Assembly (NCBI GenBank): GCA_965202725.1
Contig: OZ241845.1
Coordinates: 1,834,621 to 1,898,620 of the forward strand
DNA length: 64,000 nt
From: Candidatus Poribacteria bacterium
Lineage (GTDB): Bacteria > Poribacteria > WGA-4E > WGA-3G
Reading direction: 5' to 3'
Part shown: in pieces, positions 58,103 to 64,000 of the stretch
Layout: the number at the start of each line of letters is the position of its first letter
Position numbering within the stretch: position 1 is the first letter of the stretch
Program-made: the position numbers and the translations under genes
Notes under the pieces: model-generated
The model's input: only the letters and a program-made list of their open reading frames with translations
Databases searched by the model: none
What the model was told of the DNA's origin: nothing

Positions 58103-60835
58103 ATGAAACCGTTGGCACTTTTGTTAGTTATCATCGGTATTGGGGTGGTAGATGAAGCTTTTTGTCAGACGCAGGAAGACACTACGGCAAAGCGGATGAC
58201 AGCAACCCTGACCGGAAGAGTCGTCTGGCGCGGGCAAGATTTGTCACACACAAGTGTGTCTGTCTATCGGGACGAAGCACTCCAACAAGTTTATATCAGC
58301 GGAATCCCTCAACTCGGCGATGGACAATTCACACTCCGTGTGGAACCTGGACGCTATTATCTCGTTGCTTATGTAGATGTTGATAAATCCGGGAGTTTTG
58401 ATACCGGAGACGGCTTGGGTATGTTCGGAATTACCGACTGTGGAAATAAAGATGAGACTAAACAGATAATCGAGATACAAGAGGGTGAGAAGATTCGAGG
58501 TTTAGAGATTCCGATAACCGCACGGGCTACTGACATCGAGGGTAGCCCGACAGTTGTGCCACTCTCCGAATACGAGCCGAGTCAGCTGCAGCAATTTCAG
58601 ACGGAGTTGCGCAAAGCGACATCAGGGTGTAGCGGCACAATCACTTCCCTACGCCAGACACCAGAAGACCCGAATCCGCTTCGAGCCGGTTCCAAAGCCT
58701 TAATCCTGGCGTATACAGATTTATCTTGGCGATATCGCGCCGGTATTACCAGGGCAACAGACACTGGTAACTGGGCGCTTAACCTTCCGCCCGGTAAGTA
58801 TTACCTGATGGCGATTGTCGATAACAATCATACAAATAAATTGGATGCGGGGGACGACTTTGGCTTCTACGGTGTTGAGGATATGCGGAAACGTGGGAAC
58901 TTCCCGCAGCCTGTTTTGGTTTCTGCAAACAAATTTACCAAAAATATAGAAGTCGCTATCACTGCTACCTACCAGATGCGCGAAAAAACACAAAAAGCAG
59001 CGACCTGCACGCTCACGGGCATCCTGTCTCCGGTTCCCGGAGATGTAACCGCGCGGATTGAAGTGTACGCAGACCCCACTTTCGTTGCTCCGGTTGCCAG
59101 TACGGAAACCGCCCCGGGGGGCGCGTTCCGTTTAGCACTCCCCCCAGATGAATACTATGTTCTCGCGAATCTGGATGTGGATAAGGATGGTAGATATAGT
59201 AAGGGGGATGGTTTAGGTGGCTACGGTACAATAGACATCACGAAGCAGCCTCCAACTGCACTCACCTTAGCAGAAGGCGAAACTCAGGAAATTGAAGTCG
59301 TGATAAGTGCACGCTACGATGACGATGGGAGGCTTCATGCCACGCCCCCAAGTATTGAAGCACACATTGAACAAGGCAGCATCGCCGGACGTATCGTATG
59401 GGACGGACACACTTTCCAGAGAGGGATACTGACCCTCTCTTACGCACCTGACTTCAGTTCACCGATTGCGATGCCGATGACTGTGTCAGGCGACGGCAGC
59501 TACCAGGTCAATGTGCTACCGGGCAGCTATTACGTCATGGCAGTAGTGGACGCAAACAACGACCAAAAAACAGGGATCGCCGATGGCGTTGGGATATACG
59601 GCACACGGCACCCCGTCCGCGGGGAACCTACGGCGGTTCATGTATTCCCGGGAGAAACGACAACACATATTGACATTGCAGTTCTCGCAATTTATATCGA
59701 TGCAGACGGAAATATGGCGGAAATTGACGACGGGGGACGCTGGGAAATCCGGAAACTTTATGGAGAACCAGAAGACATTTTTCGGATCACTCGCCGTGGG
59801 CGTTTAAACGAGGAGTGGAACTACTGGACAAAAGGGATCCGTTTTGCATGGAAAGCAAACGGGGCAGGGTGGGAATTAAGTAACACGGAATCGTTCACAC
59901 TCAAAGAGGGCGTTGATCCGAAACGCATAGCGAAAAACATCAGAAATGAAAATGTGGAAGAACCTGATGCGCCTACAGCAACAGCAGGACAGTTGCCTGC
60001 CTTTATCTATTTCGCTTACGATGGCATCATTTGGGGGATCGCGCCTGATAGCAATAGCACCCCCTTAGGCATCGGGCACAATCCCACTGTTGCAAATGAT
60101 GGGACACTCATTTATCAAGATAGGGATGGAAACGTTATTATTCGGAACCGTGAAATGCCGGATGGGGGTCTGCTGCTTGATAATCGAAAAATGGCAGACG
60201 ATGTCGCGATCTCACCGGATGCACAATACCTCGCCTATACACGTCCGGAGTTCGGATACCGAAGTCGTCTGATGATACAGCATATTTCGAGTGGTTCTGA
60301 GTTCCCTGTGCCATCAACGGCACTGCATAGTTTCACACCCGCCTGGAATAGTGACGGCACGATGCTGGCTTATGTTACCGCAGGGAGCATAGAAAATCCG
60401 GACACAGCGACTCCTCTGGATGGGCAACAGCGACGCAACATCTACGCCTTCGATCAAATTGCACAAAGTATCGAGCCAATTGTAATATCGCCAGACACAG
60501 ATGATAGCGAACCGACGTGGTCGCCTGCGAATCCGAATCAACTCGCATTCACACGAAAGGTAGGCAATTACCAACAGATCTGGCTCGTTACCTATTCAAG
60601 TGAAGGTACGCCTACAGAACAGCAGCTAACGCGAAGGGGCGGCTCGCATCCCACCTGGGTGCCACCAGAAGGGCGGTGGCTTCTCTACGAAAACAACGGA
60701 CAACTTTGGAAAATTGACACAACTAACCCTGAACCTACCGAGACGGCACTGATACACAATGGACACGTTGTATTTGGGCGTGAACCAGCGGCTGTCGCGG
60801 GTAATCCACAAGTAAACACGCCATACAAAAACTGA
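58103..60835 (+). CDS. Large secreted protein: four or five ~110-aa beta-sandwich-like repeats plus a C-terminal TolB-like beta-propeller
   Basis: Signal peptide 'MKPLALLLVIIGIGVVDEAFCQ'. Repeats each end in 'YY(L/V)(V/M)A(Y/I/V)VD...D..G..G.(F/Y)G'. C-terminal 'IS(P/S)D..YLA(Y/F)' blades. Confidence 0.55.
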   Translation: MKPLALLLVIIGIGVVDEAFCQTQEDTTAKRMTATLTGRVVWRGQDLSHTSVSVYRDEALQQVYISGIPQLGDGQFTLRVEPGRYYLVAYVDVDKSGSFDTGDGLGMFGITDCGNKDETKQIIEIQEGEKIRGLEIPITARATDIEGSPTVVPLSEYEPSQLQQFQTELRKATSGCSGTITSLRQTPEDPNPLRAGSKALILAYTDLSWRYRAGITRATDTGNWALNLPPGKYYLMAIVDNNHTNKLDAGDDFGFYGVEDMRKRGNFPQPVLVSANKFTKNIEVAITATYQMREKTQKAATCTLTGILSPVPGDVTARIEVYADPTFVAPVASTETAPGGAFRLALPPDEYYVLANLDVDKDGRYSKGDGLGGYGTIDITKQPPTALTLAEGETQEIEVVISARYDDDGRLHATPPSIEAHIEQGSIAGRIVWDGHTFQRGILTLSYAPDFSSPIAMPMTVSGDGSYQVNVLPGSYYVMAVVDANNDQKTGIADGVGIYGTRHPVRGEPTAVHVFPGETTTHIDIAVLAIYIDADGNMAEIDDGGRWEIRKLYGEPEDIFRITRRGRLNEEWNYWTKGIRFAWKANGAGWELSNTESFTLKEGVDPKRIAKNIRNENVEEPDAPTATAGQLPAFIYFAYDGIIWGIAPDSNSTPLGIGHNPTVANDGTLIYQDRDGNVIIRNREMPDGGLLLDNRKMADDVAISPDAQYLAYTRPEFGYRSRLMIQHISSGSEFPVPSTALHSFTPAWNSDGTMLAYVTAGSIENPDTATPLDGQQRRNIYAFDQIAQSIEPIVISPDTDDSEPTWSPANPNQLAFTRKVGNYQQIWLVTYSSEGTPTEQQLTRRGGSHPTWVPPEGRWLLYENNGQLWKIDTTNPEPTETALIHNGHVVFGREPAAVAGNPQVNTPYKN

Positions 60836-62178
60836 TGAATATACGACCCACGAAACATCTCCATATCCCAAACGGGATGAGCTGCCCCTTCGGCCTTGTC
60901 CTTTTATTGTTCCTTATTGGCACAAACATCGCTGCCGCGCAGTGGCTCCTGATACCGATGGATCTCGGCGCACAGACGAACCATCTGAAGGCTTACGGCT
61001 TGACATACTGGGCATTAGAAGTGCCGCGTGAGTATCGATGTTATTGGTGGCTGAATTACCGTGGTGGCGCATTTGTGCTGCCGGACGCTTCAGATGTCCG
61101 AATGCGCGCTGCGCTCCTGGGGGTCAGCTTTGAACCCATGGACAACGCGACCTACAGTACCATTAAAGAATCTGTTCTCCACGGCAGCAACATGGACGAG
61201 ATTCTCTTGGAAAAGGCACCGAAGATTGCAGTATACGCCCCCTCAGAGGCATCGCCTTATCGAGATCCATGGGACGATGCTGTTAAAATTGCACTGGACT
61301 ATGCCCAGATTCCCTACGATGTCATCTGGGATCAAGAGGTACAAAGCGGCGTTTTAGAGACAGATGACTACGACTGGCTACATCTGCACCACGAGGATTT
61401 TACGGGGCAACACGGCAAATTTCACGCCTCATTTTCGACGCAGGTCTGGTATCAACAACGGATGTTAATGTTTGAACAAGCTGCTACAGCAGCAGGATTC
61501 CGACGCGTCCCACAGCATAAGGGGCAGACGGCACAGATGATCGCAGACTATATCGCCAACGGAGGGTTTATCTTTGCGATGTGTTCCGCCCCTGAAACCT
61601 TGGATATCGCATTGGCAACACGCGGTGGCGCAATTGACATTGTCGCGCCTGAATTAGATGGAACGCCTATTGAAGCAGATGCGGAAGCGCACCTTGATTT
61701 TCAACGGACCTTGGCGTTTGAAAACTTCAAACTCTACACGAATCCCTATAGATACGAATTCTCGGATATAGACAACCCAAATCCTGATAGGGATGCACAG
61801 AGCGGAGTTGAGGATTTCCAACTTTTCGAGTTCGCAGCAAAACACGACCCCATTCCGACGATGCTCACACAAAATCATGTAAACGTTGTACACGGCTACC
61901 TCGGGCAGACGACATCGTTTCACATGGATAGGATCCGCGGCTCTGTCACGATTCTCGGAGCAGTGGAAGGCACAAACTACGCAAAATATATCCACGGTAA
62001 ATTAGGAAAAGGCACTTTTACATTTCTCGGTGGACACGATCCAGAAGATTATAGCCATTTCGTAGGTGAAGGAAAAATTCCGACGAACCTCGATTTGCAC
62101 AAGCATTCGCCGGGGTATCGGTTAATCCTGAACAACATCTTGTTTCCAGCGGCGCGGAAGAAACCACAGAAAACGTGA
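60835..62178 (+). CDS. Hypothetical secreted protein
   Basis: 447 aa. N-terminal hydrophobic signal 'CPFGLVLLLFLIGTNIAAAQ'. No motifs recognised. The start overlaps the previous stop (ATGA). Confidence 0.45.
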   Translation: MNIRPTKHLHIPNGMSCPFGLVLLLFLIGTNIAAAQWLLIPMDLGAQTNHLKAYGLTYWALEVPREYRCYWWLNYRGGAFVLPDASDVRMRAALLGVSFEPMDNATYSTIKESVLHGSNMDEILLEKAPKIAVYAPSEASPYRDPWDDAVKIALDYAQIPYDVIWDQEVQSGVLETDDYDWLHLHHEDFTGQHGKFHASFSTQVWYQQRMLMFEQAATAAGFRRVPQHKGQTAQMIADYIANGGFIFAMCSAPETLDIALATRGGAIDIVAPELDGTPIEADAEAHLDFQRTLAFENFKLYTNPYRYEFSDIDNPNPDRDAQSGVEDFQLFEFAAKHDPIPTMLTQNHVNVVHGYLGQTTSFHMDRIRGSVTILGAVEGTNYAKYIHGKLGKGTFTFLGGHDPEDYSHFVGEGKIPTNLDLHKHSPGYRLILNNILFPAARKKPQKT

Positions 62179-62237
62179 AACGGTTGTTGGCTCATGCTTA
62201 TTGCCGGCTAGTGAAGAGATGTTTTTGCGCAGGGAGC

Positions 62238-64000
62238 AATTAAAAAATGAAAGCTGTGCTCGCAACGTGCAATCTGAATCAGTGGAGCCTCGATTTTGAA
62301 GGGAATACAGCGCGTATCATCGAATCCATCGAGATCGCTAAAACGCGCGGGGCTCGGTATCGGCTGGGACCGGAACTGGAGATCCCTGGCTACTCTTGTG
62401 AAGACCATTTCTTAGAGCTAGACACACTGCAACACAGTTGGGAATCTTTGGCGCATATCCTCAAAGGGAGACATACAGACGGTATTCTCTGCGACATCGG
62501 TATGCCGGTCATGCACAGAAATGTCAGATATAACTGTCGAGTCTTCGTCTTAGATGGTCAGGTGTTATTGATTCGCCCGAAAATGGTCTTGGCAAGCGAT
62601 GGTAACTATCGGGAACATCGGTGGTTTGCAGCCTGGGAACACGGATGGACGACTGAACCCTATACACTGCCTCGCGAGATCCGCGAACTCACAGGAGAAC
62701 GGAAAGTACCTATCGGTATCGCAGCGATTGCCATCGGTGAGACCCTCTTAGCATCTGAGACGTGTGAGGAATTGTTTGTACCGATGAGCCCGCATATCCA
62801 CTTCGGTAATGCCGGGGTTGAGATTATCACCAACGGATCGGGGTCTCACCATGAATTGCGGAAATTGGATACGCGCATCGCGCTTATCCGAAATGCGAGC
62901 GAAAAGAACGGTGGTGTATATGTCTACGCGAATCAACAGGGATGCGATGGGGGGAGGCTCTATTTTGATGGTTGCGCACTCATCGCCCAGAACGGCGAGA
63001 TATTGGCACAAGGCACGCAATTTTCACTCAAAGATGTAGAGGTCATCACGGCAACGGTGAACCTTGATGCTGTACGCGCGTACCGGGGGACGAAAGCGAG
63101 CCGCGCTGTTCAAGCAAGCAAAATACCTGCACTGCCACAAATTGATGTCGATTTTGAATTCGATCCTGCGGGTTCAGAAATTGCACGGCGCGCAAGTCCG
63201 AAAATCGTTCCACATTACCACAAACCCGAAGAAGAGATCGCTCTCGGGCCAGCGTGTTGGCTTTGGGACTATCTACGTAGATCAGGGGCGGCAGGATACT
63301 TCATTCCGCTTTCCGGCGGGGCGGATAGTGGTGCGGTTGCGACGCTTGTCGGCTCTATGTGTCAGCTCGTCGCGGCAGCGATTCGTGAAAATGATGAAAC
63401 CGTCATCAGAGACGTTGAACGATGGTTGGAAAAAGGGGAAACATCAGATGTTTTTACGGATCCATGTGTGCTCGCGAATCGCCTACTGTATACGTGTTAC
63501 ATTGGAACCGAGAACAGTTCCCGTGACACACAGAAACGTGCAAAGCAGCTCGCTGAACAGATAGGCGCGTATCACCTGAACATTAACATGGATGGACTCG
63601 TTAACGCCTTACAATCGCTCTTCACCCATATCACGCAGAAGACACCGCGATTCAAGGTCGAAGGCGGAACATATACAGAAAACCAAGCCCTCCAAAATAT
63701 ACAAGCGAGATTGCGGATGGTGATTAGCTATCTCTTTGCACAGATGATGCCATGGACGCGAAACCGCCAAGGGACACTTCTTGTTTTAGGGACTGGAAAC
63801 GTCGATGAGGCACTGCGCGGCTACTTGACAAAATACGATTGCAGCAGCGGTGACATCAACCCAATCGGCGGTATTAGCAAACACGATTTGCGTCGATTCC
63901 TGAATTGGGCGAAAGACGCACTCGGTTATTCCATTCTCGCTGAAATTGTAGAGGCACCCCCGACAGCGGAACTCGAACCGATAACTGAAACCTACACGCA
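62238..64000 (+). CDS. nadE: Glutamine-dependent NAD+ synthetase NadE (N-terminal nitrilase domain plus synthetase domain), 3'-truncated by the window end
   Basis: CN-hydrolase start 'MKAVLATCNLNQWSLDFEGN', and the catalytic Cys region 'CEELFVP'. Synthetase P-loop 'FIPLSGGADSGAVATLV'. No stop codon before position 64000. Confidence 0.85.

Overview
This is a 64-kb bacterial chromosomal segment of roughly 50% GC; the phylum cannot be determined from sequence alone. Both ends carry ordinary housekeeping genes. The left end has a SixA-like phosphatase, an SMC/Rad50-like ATPase, gluconolactonase, FolD, an SDR oxidoreductase, a Gfo/Idh/MocA oxidoreductase and a Kef-type antiporter. The right end has a Rieske protein, tRNA-Val, tRNA-Met, the mutS2-dnaG-rpoD cluster, tRNA-Gly, a peroxiredoxin and a partial glutamine-dependent NAD synthetase.

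The centre, about 18.5 to 47.5 kb, is one large CRISPR-Cas island encoded entirely on the minus strand. Its interference module looks type III, probably III-D-like. It contains a Cas10 with an intact GGDD cyclase motif and zinc finger but no recognisable HD nuclease motif, a Cas7-Cas5 fusion, a Cas11 small subunit, three further Cas7 RAMPs and two small uncharacterised proteins. Three different CARF-domain effectors follow in tandem: Csx1 (CARF-HEPN), a CARF protein with an unassigned possibly nuclease-like C-terminal domain, and a CARF-RelE fusion. Cas6 closes the module.

Each CARF gene is followed by a short duplicated fragment of the cas6 5' end, which looks like serial accretion of effector cassettes. 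The adaptation genes are unusually dispersed: cas2 is translationally coupled to a SWIM zinc-finger protein, and a stand-alone group-II-intron-like reverse transcriptase and cas1 sit apart, each separated by clusters of a short hairpin repeat family. Two CRISPR arrays with 59 and 4 repeats of a 37-nt unit lie downstream of cas1. Each array has a leader carrying the same near-consensus sigma70-like promoter module (A-tract, TTGACT, 17 nt, TATAcT). That module also sits in front of cas2 and cas10.

Many spacers overlap or duplicate one another. All annotation is by eye from the sequence and the supplied six-frame ORFs. No database searches were run.
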